Position numbers and translations under genes: made by a program
Notes under the pieces: generated by a model
The model's input: the letters and a program-made list of their open reading frames with translations, nothing else
Told to the model about the DNA's origin: nothing
Database searches by the model: none
Shown: piece by piece, positions 25,127 through 35,157 of the stretch
Numbering within the stretch: the stretch's first letter is position 1
Layout of the letters: each line of letters starts with the position of its first letter
Assembly: GCF_006345805.1 (NCBI RefSeq)
Contig: NC_042998.1
Location: forward strand, 108,438,001-108,502,000
DNA from: Octopus sinensis
Taxonomy: Eukaryota
Direction of reading: 5' to 3'
Length of the DNA stretch: 64,000 bases

Positions 25127-25128
<2 letters not shown>
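24571..25128. mobile_element. Non-coding interspersed repeat of about 558 bp in (ATT)n, copy 2
   Basis: Homologous end to end with 13567-14122, in the same orientation. Followed by (TCA)n and then (TTA)n. Confidence 0.75.
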
Positions 25129-25168
<40 letters not shown>

Positions 25169-25186
25169 TATTATTATTATTATTAC

Positions 25187-25257
<71 letters not shown>

Positions 25258-25259
<2 letters not shown>

Positions 25260-25772
25260 TAGTTTTATTTTTATAGCGTGCTTTCACTTCACTACCGAAC
25301 GCAGCTCTGTGTGCCTTGGGTATGTGCTGTGATTTGTTGTGATGCTCTGATGGTTATTGTATGGAAAGTGTTCTGCGTAGGATGTGTGCAGTGCCTAGTA
25401 GTGCAATTTTCTGTATGTTATATGTGTTTGTAGGTCCTGGTGTTTTGTTATGTATTTGTCTGAATATTTTTATCATGCCTAATGCACCTACTATGATAGG
25501 AATTGTTTCTGTTTTCAGATTCCACATTCTAGTTACCTCTATTTCCAGGTCTTTGTATTTTGAGAGTTTCTCCATTTCTTTTAGAGACACGTTGTCATCA
25601 GCCGGTATTGATACATCAATTAGAAAGCATTGTTTTTCTTCATGATCTCTGACAACTATATCTGGTCTGTTGGCCTTAATTTCTCTATCTGTGTGTATCG
25701 GCATATCCCAGAGTATGGTTGTTTTCTCGTTTTCTGTGACCTTTTCTGGTGTGTGCCTATACCATCTTCTTT
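25258..25772 (-). mobile_element. 5'-truncated young alpha copy (RLE C-terminus plus 3' UTR)
   Basis: Near-identical to 7951-8465. ORF 25354-25821 has NRPDIVVRDHEEKQCFLIDVSIP. (ATT)n on both sides. Confidence 0.9.
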
Positions 25773-25786
25773 TTTTATTATTATTA

Positions 25787-26190
25787 CTGAGGTGGTGAAC
25801 TGGCAGAATCATTTGCTCCATTTTTATATTCTCAGCTCGAATTCCGCTGACACTGACTTTGCCTTATACCTTTTGGGGGTTTATGAAATATGTACCTGTT
25901 GAACACTGTGGTTTTTATAATCGACTAGGTCCTTCGCACAAAATTTCAGGCTGTGTACCTATAGTACAAAGGGTTAGCATTATTATTATTGATAGGAGAA
26001 AATTCTTAGCAGCATATCGTCCGTTCTTTCCATTTTGAGTTCAAAATCTCCCGAGTTTGACTTTGACTTTCATCCTTTCAGGGTCGATGAAATAAGTAGC
26101 AGTTACGTACTGGGGTCGATATAATCGACTACTCCACTCCAAATATCAGACCTTGTGCCTATAGTAGAAAGTATTATTGTTATTAAGGGA
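25787..26190 (+). mobile_element. Two tandem decayed SINE family 1 copies
   Basis: GGTGGTGAACTGGCAGAATC head at about 25790, and GAGTTCAAAATCTCCC plus GGGTCGATGAAATAAGTA at about 26040-26100. Confidence 0.65.
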
Positions 26191-26204
26191 CACTTGTCAA
26201 CAAC

Positions 26205-28190
26205 CGGTGATGTGCCACCGTGAAGAGGGCGATTAGAGCAAATCGATAGCGTTTAACAAAGAGTTGACATTAGAAAGGAATAGATTAGAGGGTGAACTAG
26301 TTAGCAATGAAAGGGGGCGATTAAAAAGGGTATTGCCATCGATGTATTAGCGGCGATAATGATGCGGATCATTTCTTCGAAGCGAAACACGAAAGTTGCG
26401 TTGTTAGAGCTAAGGCACGCGCGCTCAAACAGGAAGGAACTAAAGCTTTCGGGTGGGCTCGAACGGCGGAGACGTGACGTGGAAACAAAACCACGATCAG
26501 GCCTTTGACGGTTCGGGATGGGCGCGTACTACGCGACTCCGAGCAGACGTGTGCAGCTCTTCAGCAGCACTTAGCGCGGCTGTTTGGAAAGGGCGATGGG
26601 TCGAAGATGGCACTGGACTTTAGTTCATACGCAGACCGCTTGCCGCGGCTCTAGGCAGCTGACGTGAGGTTATGTGAAAGGCCGATAGCAGCCGCTGAAA
26701 TTTGGGAGGCGATGAGCGATTGCACAAGTCACAGACTACCCAGTTTGGATGGGCTGCCCTACGAATTCTATGTATTCATACTAGATTTGTTGGCGACCTC
26801 TTGGCAGACGTCTACTGCAATTGACAACAGAACGGGAGAATTCCTTGTGCTTTTAACGGAGGTGTGGTGACACTTGATGAAGGACTTAGAAAATGGGGAC
26901 GTACTAGAAACCTTTCGGCCCATAACTCAGCTAAACATAGAGTTTAAGATTTTGGCTAAGGTGTTAGCAAAAAAGGTTGGCGCTTATCGTCGGTAGCCTT
27001 GTCAGCGAAGGGCAAACGTGCGCCACCCCAAGCATGTCTATCCAAGACAATCTCGTCCTTATGCGATACATCATAGAGAAGGCTGGGTTACAACTGGCTT
27101 CGGGATTGCTCTGACCATATTGGATCAATCAAAAACATTCAATAGGACCGCTACAATGCATGACTGCACCGGTTCAGTAGTCAAAGTAAATGCCACGTAT
27201 CGGAGCCGTTTGGCATCGCATTCTCGGTCCGTCAAAGCTGGTCGCTGTCGTCTCTTCTATACATATAGGCACTCGAGCCACTGTTGTGGAAGTTGGAACA
27301 GCTAAGGGGTATCCCTTTCGAACTGGGACAAGGAAGGGCAGTGTAAGCATAGACGGACGATGTCACCGTGATAGTGTCGGATGCCTCCGAAGTGGAGACG
27401 GTAAGCAGTATCCTAAAGAAATGAGTCGGTCGCAGGGGCTAAAATCAATGCCGACAAACCGGTTGGTTTGCGGTTGGGCTCCTGGAGAGGCAACACGATA
27501 GCATCGGATGGCGTCGTCGGACGCTGGACCGAAGGCCCATTTATAGTGCTCGGGGTCTGGTTTGGCCCTGACTGCCAGTTTGATACAAACTGGGACGAGG
27601 TAGCGTACAAGGTGGCTAGTCTTACCCAAAAATGGGCTAACAAAAAAATGTCCTGATAGGTCGGGCAGAGTTGGCGAATGTTTACATCGCTTCCGTCATC
27701 ATTTATCGCCTGACCACCGTGCCTTGCACTGGTTACTGCTTGACCGGTTACTGCTTGCAGCGTCTGTTATTTACATTCTTGTGGAAGGGACGCGTTCCAA
27801 TATTTAGGCGGTCAGTCTGTTGCTAGCATCACCTGCGTGGCAGATAAGGTATGCTGCGGCTCCAAATGCGCAGACACGTGCTTAGGTTACGCCACCTGCA
27901 ATGATTTCTGGATGGTGGGCTCCGTTTTTGAGGGTCGTCCTTCGGCAGCTCGTGTCCTTGATAGAGCTGCAGTCCTGAATGAGGAACAGACTAAGACTAG
28001 GCGCCTGACACCTAGAATGTCATCAGGCGCTCACAGCCCTCTACCAGTCAGGCAATGGGATCGGTTGATGTTCCACTTTAGAAATTTATAGAGGATTAGT
28101 GGCGGGGAAGTACGACGGATTCTCGGAGAGACTCTGGGTGCCAACGAGAACGAACTGGCTAGTTTGTTCCGAAGGACTTTCCAATCTGTT
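26205..28190 (+). mobile_element. Highly decayed L1/Tx1-clade LINE (ORF2 relic)
   Basis: Hand translation gives PSLDGLPYEFY, ETFRPITQLNIEFKILAKVLA (about 26905-26970), and GPFIVLGVWFGPDCQFDTNWDEVAYKVASLTQKW...GRAELANVYIASVIIY. Confidence 0.72.
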
Positions 28191-28237
28191 ATTTAAATAA
28201 TGATTATTATTATTTAAATGATAATAATTATTATTAA

Positions 28238-28445
28238 GGCGGCGAGCTGGTAGAATCGTTACCGCGCCAGACAAAATGCTTAGCAATATTTCTTCGGGCT
28301 TTACCTGCTATGTTCAAATTCCGTCGAGGCCCACTTTGCCTTTCATTTTTTCGTGTTCGATAAAATAAACTACCCGTCAAGCACCAGAATAGATATAATC
28401 GACTAAATCCTTAGCTTGGAAATGCTGGCCTTGTGCGAAGATTAA
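28238..28445 (+). mobile_element. tRNA-derived SINE family 1, full length
   Basis: GGCGGCGAGCTGGTAGAATCGTTACCGCGCCAGACAAAATGCTTAGC (A box), ATGTTCAAATTCC (B box), and the GCTGGCCTTGTGC 3' block. Confidence 0.82.
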
Positions 28446-29296
28446 AAAGAATAGCCGTTCCTTTACATCCTAAATTTCAATTCCGTTATGCTCGAATTTG
28501 ACTTTCATTCTTTCCTAACCGATGAAATAAAGTACGGACCTCGTTAAAATCGGCTATATCTTTCCCCAAACGTTTGGCATTCTGCTTATGCTCGAAACCA
28601 TTATTTGTTATTAATGGAATTTTATTGAATACAGAGTAGTTCCACTAAACTGAATAATTTTTGCGTGACGTAAGTCAGTTTTTATTATTAATTATTAATG
28701 TTATATTCAGGAACAGAAGAAATTACTTTGCATTATATATATATATATCTTCTCTAGGGAAAATATATTAGACATTTGCCGTCAAAAATAGTTTGAGAAA
28801 TTATACAAACAGCTCCGAAAATGTTTATTGGAAAGACTCAGATGATGGCAATTTCATAATTTCTTTTTTGTGAAGGTGGTGGTGATGAAGGCACTTGAAA
28901 TAACTGTTTTTAAACAGCAACTTTCTTGCAGTCGGTGCACAGATACCGTCTACATATTAACATGAAATTCCATTAATTATCGACAGTATTGATATGCAAG
29001 CGGCTCTGCTTGTTGCTGCATGAAACGCAAATTCTAGCTCTATATCTACACCTATCTCAAAATACCCAAGCACATTATCAATGTCCTAGAACTCTACTAA
29101 AACACTACCAATCATCTCTGATCGCTTGAAAATAAGAAACCATTTTCTCTTAATTTCCAACCTGTGTCCTGAGTATGAAGTGGATATTGGACATTGAGGC
29201 TTCAGATAGAATTTGTTTGAGAATCAAAAGCAGAATGGTCATTGTTTCAACTACATGTATTGCAGGACTGTTCAGTCAGAGCTGACTGGGAGTTAA

Positions 29297-29552
29297 ACCA
29301 CCACCACCACCACCACCTGCACCAGCACCAGCACCACCAGCACCACCACCAGCAACACTAGCACCACCACTAGCACCAGCACCAGCACCAGCACCACCAC
29401 TAGCACCAGCACCAGCACCACCAGCACCACCAGCACCAGCACCAGCACCAGCACCAGCACCACCAGCACCAGCACCACCAGCACCAGCACCAGCACCAGC
29501 ACCACCAGCACTAGCACCAGCACCAGCACCAGCACCACCACCACCACCAAAC
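29297..29552. repeat. (CAC)n/(CACCAG)n compound repeat
   Basis: Read directly. Confidence 0.92.
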
Positions 29553-29554
29553 CT

Positions 29555-29961
29555 ACAAAATTACGGACCAATAACTTGCCTCCCTGCAATTTACAAGGCC
29601 TTTACTGCAATAATATCGCAGATAGTGAACAAGCATCTGGAAGAAAACAACGTGTTTCCAGAAGGGCAGAAGGGATGCTGTAAGAACTCATACGGCCTTA
29701 AATATCACCTAATGATCAATAAAGCCATAACTAAGACAGCCGCAGAAAGAAGAAGGCTCTAAGTATGATAAAAAAAAATATTCAGACAAATAGATAACAA
29801 AAACCACAGGACTCACAAATATATATAACATACAGAAAATAGCACTACCAGGGACCGCACACATCCTACGTAAAATATTTTCAATACGGTAATCATAAGA
29901 GCACCACAGTAAACCACAGCACATACCCAAGGCCCACATAAAAAGACTACTAAATAATAAT

Positions 29962-29965
<4 letters not shown>
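29555..29965 (+). mobile_element. Internally deleted alpha-subfamily Dong-like copy
   Basis: RT piece NYGPITCLPAIYKAFTAII...QKGCCK (29560-29760) is joined directly to the last codons (IQKIALPGTAHILRKIFSI) and the alpha 3' UTR, then TAATAATAA(CAA)n. Confidence 0.8.
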
Positions 29966-29995
<30 letters not shown>

Positions 29996-30034
29996 GCAAT
30001 AATAATATGTATTAATCTTATTATTATTGATTTG

Positions 30035-30705
30035 ACTCAGATTCGTTCTTATTCCTGGAAGATTTTGTATGGGTAGTGGCTAACCTTAGGTATCCACTAA
30101 CTTTCAATAGCATTTCAAGAGCTTAAAACCCCCTGATAATTTTCTGTCCCTACGATGAAGCTTTACAGGACATTCTATTCTAATCTCCGTCAAGCCTTTT
30201 TTCTATATCTTTACCCATAGTTACTAATGTTCCAATTATAACAGGCACAACCTTAACAGCTTTCATACTCCCAAGTTTTGCAATTTCAAATGTTATGGGG
30301 TTGTAGTTTTTAAATTTTTCATCCTATTTCTTTACAAATCTGGAGTCAAACGGGCATGATGGATCAATTAGTTAGCAACCTCGCTTTTCCTTATCTATGA
30401 TTATTATGTCTGGTTTATTATTTTCTATCTTCTTATCCGTTTGCATAGGAAAATCCCATAAAATTTTGCGTTTTTTCGACTCAAGCACTCTTTCGAGCCG
30501 ATAATCATATCATGTATCTCTAGCTTCAAAATCCTAATTTTGACAAAGCTTCCAGTGTAAAACTTTCACTACTTGGTTATACCTTCATTTCTTATGTTCT
30601 GCCAGAGCCATCTTGGCACATTCTGCAACAATGTTTGCCACTGTCACATTCTAAATTTCACAGATTCTACATCTTCTGACACCTTCCCTCTGCGTTTTAA
30701 CCCTT
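30035..30705 (-). mobile_element. Decayed 3' part of another R4-like RLE LINE (epsilon)
   Basis: Minus strand gives CRICEI*NVTVANIVAECAKMA, KILWDFPMQTDKKIENNKPDIIIIDKEK and KVVPVIIGTL. Confidence 0.72.
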
Positions 30706-31550
30706 CATTATAAAAAGGGTCTCCTTTGTGGAAGATATAGTACATGAAATACTAGGTAATTACAATCTTTTCTTCACCAAATTATTTATAAAGATAGACG
30801 AATGATTTGAAGCTATATTTATATACCGTTCCTTTAAACTTAGCTTTATTTAATAAGTAATATTTATTAGTTTCTATAGTTATATTGAATGAATTAGCAA
30901 TGTGTTTGCGTCAGCAGTAATATAAATGGAAGTTATTTTATTTATTGAAACAATATATTGCGAATTTATATTATGTGAATAAATCATAGTATGAATTAGT
31001 TATCCTATAAAAATTTAAAATTAAAAAAAAAAATGAAACAAACAAACAAGCATACTAAAAGCTCATAAATTTCCAAAGAATTTAGGATACCAATCGTCAC
31101 ATCAAAATAATTAAGATAGTTGTACATTCCATTTTTTCTGATAGAAAATTATCGAAATGATGCAATGACCTTGCATGATTTTGGTATCAGAATCACAGGC
31201 TGAAAGCTAATTTTCGGCGAAAATGAATTCACGTGTATGTGTGTGTTAGACGTGCATTTGTATCGGTAATATACATACACATCGATGAAAAAATTGCAGC
31301 CAAAGCAGTACGTCCGAACTATTACCTTCTGTGTTACTTTTCCACTCAAGTTGGACACTCATAACAGTACCAATCTCACAGTCGGAAAAGAACGAAAAGA
31401 AATAATTATTTTTCGTATTTCAAACAATCAACGACGCTAATGTTCACAAAATGCATGACATAAAAGCCAATTTGACCCTGTTACTAACAGATGTGCACTG
31501 ATTTATGAAACATCCTTCTTTCTTATCCCCTCTGTGGTGGAGCTGCTTAC

Positions 31551-31649
31551 TCTATAGTTTTCTTCAAACCCTTCCACAATTCGGTGCTGTTGACAGTCCA
31601 GTATGTAACAAATACTGAGCATGGGATTACCAATTTCCTGATAATCGAT
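31551..31649 (-). CDS. Candidate 99-nt internal exon of an unidentified host gene
   Basis: Acceptor TTCTGCTATCGTCTTGTTCAG| and donor |GTAAGC. Length is divisible by 3. Two open frames: IDYQEIGNPMLSICYILDCQQHRIVEGFEENYR or SIIRKLVIPCSVFVTYWTVNSTELWKGLKKTI. No homolog recognised. Confidence 0.35.
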
Positions 31650-31807
31650 CTGAACAAGACGATAGCAGAATGGTGGCGAAGGAGAATAAACTTGCCAACA
31701 AAATTTGCACCAAAACTAGCTACTGCAACTATAACAGAAGTAGCTGTAGTAATAACAACAGCAACTTCATTAGATTTAACAGAAATACAAAAAAAATTAA
31801 GAGAGCC

Positions 31808-31838
<31 letters not shown>

Positions 31839-32126
31839 AAGAGAGAGAGAAATAGAAAGAGAGAGAAAGAAAGAGAGAGAGAGAGAGAGAGTGAATTGGT
31901 GAAACTCCTGTATTCGTCATATTAGGAGCAACAACTGTAATGTGGAATGGAACATTATTTGCTTCGGTCACCTTAACCCCAAATTCACATTAACCTTATT
32001 TTTAACAACTATATTTATGTACACACATCCCTACATACACGAACACACACACAGACACACACACACACACATAAGCTTAGGCACGCAGAAGTACACACAC
32101 AAATGCATGCACATATATGTTCACCC

Positions 32127-32169
<43 letters not shown>

Positions 32170-32205
32170 CCTGTCTGTCTGTCTGTCTGTCTGTGTGTAT
32201 TCGTC

Positions 32206-32297
<92 letters not shown>

Positions 32298-32349
32298 TGT
32301 ATGTGTGCGTGTGTCTGTATCTGTGTGTATGTGCGAATATGTGCATATA

Positions 32350-33105
32350 CGTGGTCTGATCAATAAGTATCCGGACTGTTGCCATAGTAATGAAGCTAAA
32401 GCACGCAGAGTGAATTCGCTTGGGACAGATTGACCTTGAACTCTGCTGTGCATGCGCACTAAGTTTTAACGTTCTATTTCACATTCGCTCTGCACAGTAG
32501 TGTTTGGAATGAAGGTGTGATCGTTGCATTGAACATGACAGAGAAAGTTGAGCAGAAAATCCGCATCAAATTTTGCCAAAAACTTGGCGATACTTACTCA
32601 GAGGCCTATGCAAAGTTCTCAAAACATTTCACCGTTCTCGACACAATCAAGGCGGTATTGTGCAACTGAAACCTGAGTGCCTCTTTGGTCAGCTGAAAGC
32701 AGTTTTCGCAGAAACTTGGTGAACACGCGTCTCATACCCAAATCTTTAGTGATAATGGACTGAATTGAACTGTAACTAATCTACGTATCCTCTGATAACT
32801 CAGGGATGGTGATTCGACGATTTACCCCTCATAGCTGCACGCACATTCTCGATGTTTTTCTCAGTTCTGCCGGTTGCAGTTCTCCCAGAACGTTCGTCAA
32901 TATCGACATTTTTCGGCCAACTTCGTAACGTCTGAACCACTCGTACACTTGTGTGCAGCTTGTACGCTCCTCTCCATACACTTTCTGCAACTTTGCGTAG
33001 GCCTCTGAGTTTGTATCGCCAGCCATGACAACTTTCTCTGTCATGGTCAATACGATGGTCACACGCTACACACTTACCTTCAAAGCACTGCTGTAAACAG
33101 CAGAA
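32350..33105. mobile_element. Rearranged mariner with two 5' halves in inverted orientation
   Basis: Plus arm: TA|CGTGGTCTGATCAATAAGT TIR, then MTEKVEQKIRIKFCQKLGDTYSEAYAK. Minus arm: MTEKV...GDTNSEAYAKLQKVYGEERTSCTQVYEWFRRY and DIDERSGRTATGRTEKNIENV. Confidence 0.75.
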
Positions 33106-33115
33106 GTGAGCTAGA

Positions 33116-33152
<37 letters not shown>

Positions 33153-33186
33153 GAAAGAGAGAAGGATAGAGAGGGTGAGAGAGAGG

Positions 33187-33242
<56 letters not shown>

Positions 33243-33487
33243 TTAACGCATTCCCAATTTTGCCTATCAAAGGAAGAAACGCAGCACTGACAATCTCATT
33301 TTAAAGATTTCTATGACCGATGATGGGAAGGGAACGATTAACCCCAGTTCAGAGTGCTTGAATTTAGTAATGCTACCGAAGGGTCAGCTGATATTGTTCA
33401 ACTGGCAACAGATTAATTGGACGTTTATACATACATACATGCATACATACATACATACATACATACATACATACATACATACACAGC

Positions 33488-33590
33488 CTGTTGTTGATGT
33501 TGAAATTCCAATGGAAGTGCCGTGGATCTAGGTTAGAAACCGGCTCTTTCTCTATTGGCAAGAAATCTTGAAATAAAACTGAACAATGAC
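33488..33590 (+). mobile_element. Solo 3'-tip unit of the delta family between CATA-type repeats
   Basis: Homologous to 43484-43584, 2101-2203 (reverse complement) and 59961-60048 (reverse complement). Preceded by (CATA)n at 33430-33482. Confidence 0.75.
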
Positions 33591-33600
33591 ATATATACAT

Positions 33601-33631
<31 letters not shown>

Positions 33632-33883
33632 CCTCTGTGATGGTATAAATAAAGAATAAAAGACGTTAAGTGCGAATCCTACATATGCATACAATCTTCA
33701 TACGTATACAACCTTCGCATGTTTGACATCTATAATTCACACACGTAGATAAAAACACACACATACACATATTCAAGCATACACACACACACACACACAC
33801 ACATATGTGTCTGTGTGTATGTGTTTGTTTGTGTGTGTGTGTGTGTATGTGTGTATATCTGTGTGTATGTATATATATACGTA

Positions 33884-34352
33884 TTGGGTTGGCAACTAAG
33901 TTCCCGCCGTTTTTTAAATTTTAATTTTTTAAAAGGTTCAATAAAAAACAATAACTAATTAATCAATAATGTATTCACCCTTGTTGTTTACAACTTCTTC
34001 CCAACGTTCTACAAGATTTTCAATCCCTCGTTGGTAGAATTCCCCCGATTTCGACTCGAAAAATTGATCCAACCAAGCTCTCAATCCTGCATCAGTATTG
34101 AACGAAACACCGCGCATATCATTTCAAAGGAGATAAAAAAAGGTGGAAATCCGTTGGTGCCAAATCAGAAGAGAACGGCATGTGTGGCAGCACTTCCCAG
34201 CCATGCGTTTGAATGGCTGTCTTCGTCATATTGGCGATATGAGGGCGGACGTTGTCGCGCAGCAGAAGAACTCCATGCTGCTGATTAGGTCTTTTCTCTT
34301 GAATAGCCGTGTTGATAGCCGTATTGAGTCGTTCCATCTGGTTGGAGTTCTA
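33884..34352 (-). mobile_element. Mariner 3' half
   Basis: Terminus TA|TTGGGTTGGCAACTAAGT. Minus ORF 34119-34337 has LLRDNVRPH...HMPFSSDLAPTDFHLF and ends FYQRGIENLVERWEEVVNNKGEYIID. Confidence 0.85.
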
Positions 34353-34354
34353 CA

Positions 34355-34535
34355 GCACCGGACAAAATGCTTAGCAGTATTTCTTCTGGCATTACATTAT
34401 GAGTTCAAATTTCACCGAAGTTGACTTTCCCTTTTATTCGGGGTCGATAAAAATAAGTACCATTTGAGTCTGAGATCAATGAAATTGACTATCCCCTTAA
34501 CAATTTCAGACCTTCTGCGTAGAAAAGATTATTTT
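34355..34535 (+). mobile_element. SINE family 1, decayed
   Basis: GCACCGGACAAAATGCTTAGC, GAGTTCAAATTTCACC and GGGGTCGATAAAAATAAGTACC blocks. Confidence 0.72.
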
Positions 34536-34559
34536 GAAATTCTCAATTCTAGCTTAAAG

Positions 34560-35155
34560 ACACATGGGCTCACCTCCCCTCCTCTCTTCATCTGACTTCC
34601 CTCCTTTCCTCTCTTCACTCTCTTCACCCTTCACTACCCACCTTCGCTCTTCATTGTTACCATCCCCACCCTACACCACCACCCCACCCCACCCCACAAC
34701 ACTTCACACATACTAGCACTGACCACTTCCCAGCATTCAAACTACACACCATCATCCTCACATCCACACACCTACACACAATCTTCAATAGCGTCACCAA
34801 ACATACCACTATATGAGCAGCGAAACGTTACAGACGCACGTAGTTATACACGCACACACGCACACATTCACACACGTCAAAGACAGTAGGTCCTACCCCC
34901 ACACACGCACCTTCGTTTTGGGACCACCAATACTTTTATATACTTTATTATCTCCCCTTCTTTCAACCTCTTCTTACAAACTTTTTTTCTAATCAGTCAC
35001 CATGCTTGACGGCTAAATCCACAAGTTTTTTTTTTATTCTCTATCTCTGTTTATTTTCTCTTATTCCTTTCTGTTGAAGAGTGTAGGCTCAGAACGTAAA
35101 AGATTTTTTCACTTTGTTCATACCCCTGTGTTCGTTTTATGTTTTCCTATAAATT
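34560..35155 (+). mobile_element. Possible Penelope-like terminal repeat (pLTR) relic
   Basis: Pyrimidine/CA-rich tract ending in TTGAAGAGTGTAGGCTCAGAACGT, which resembles the CTGANGA...CGAAAC end motif of Penelope-like elements. No coding evidence. Confidence 0.35.
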
Positions 35156-35157
35156 TC

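Noticed and set aside
29293-29760. Poly-Val/Leu ORF on minus, and a Pro/Ala repeat in frame with the RT fragment on plus
   Set aside because: Simple repeat with no start codon or splice acceptor on plus, and the RT piece ends in a stop. The frame match is expected one time in three.
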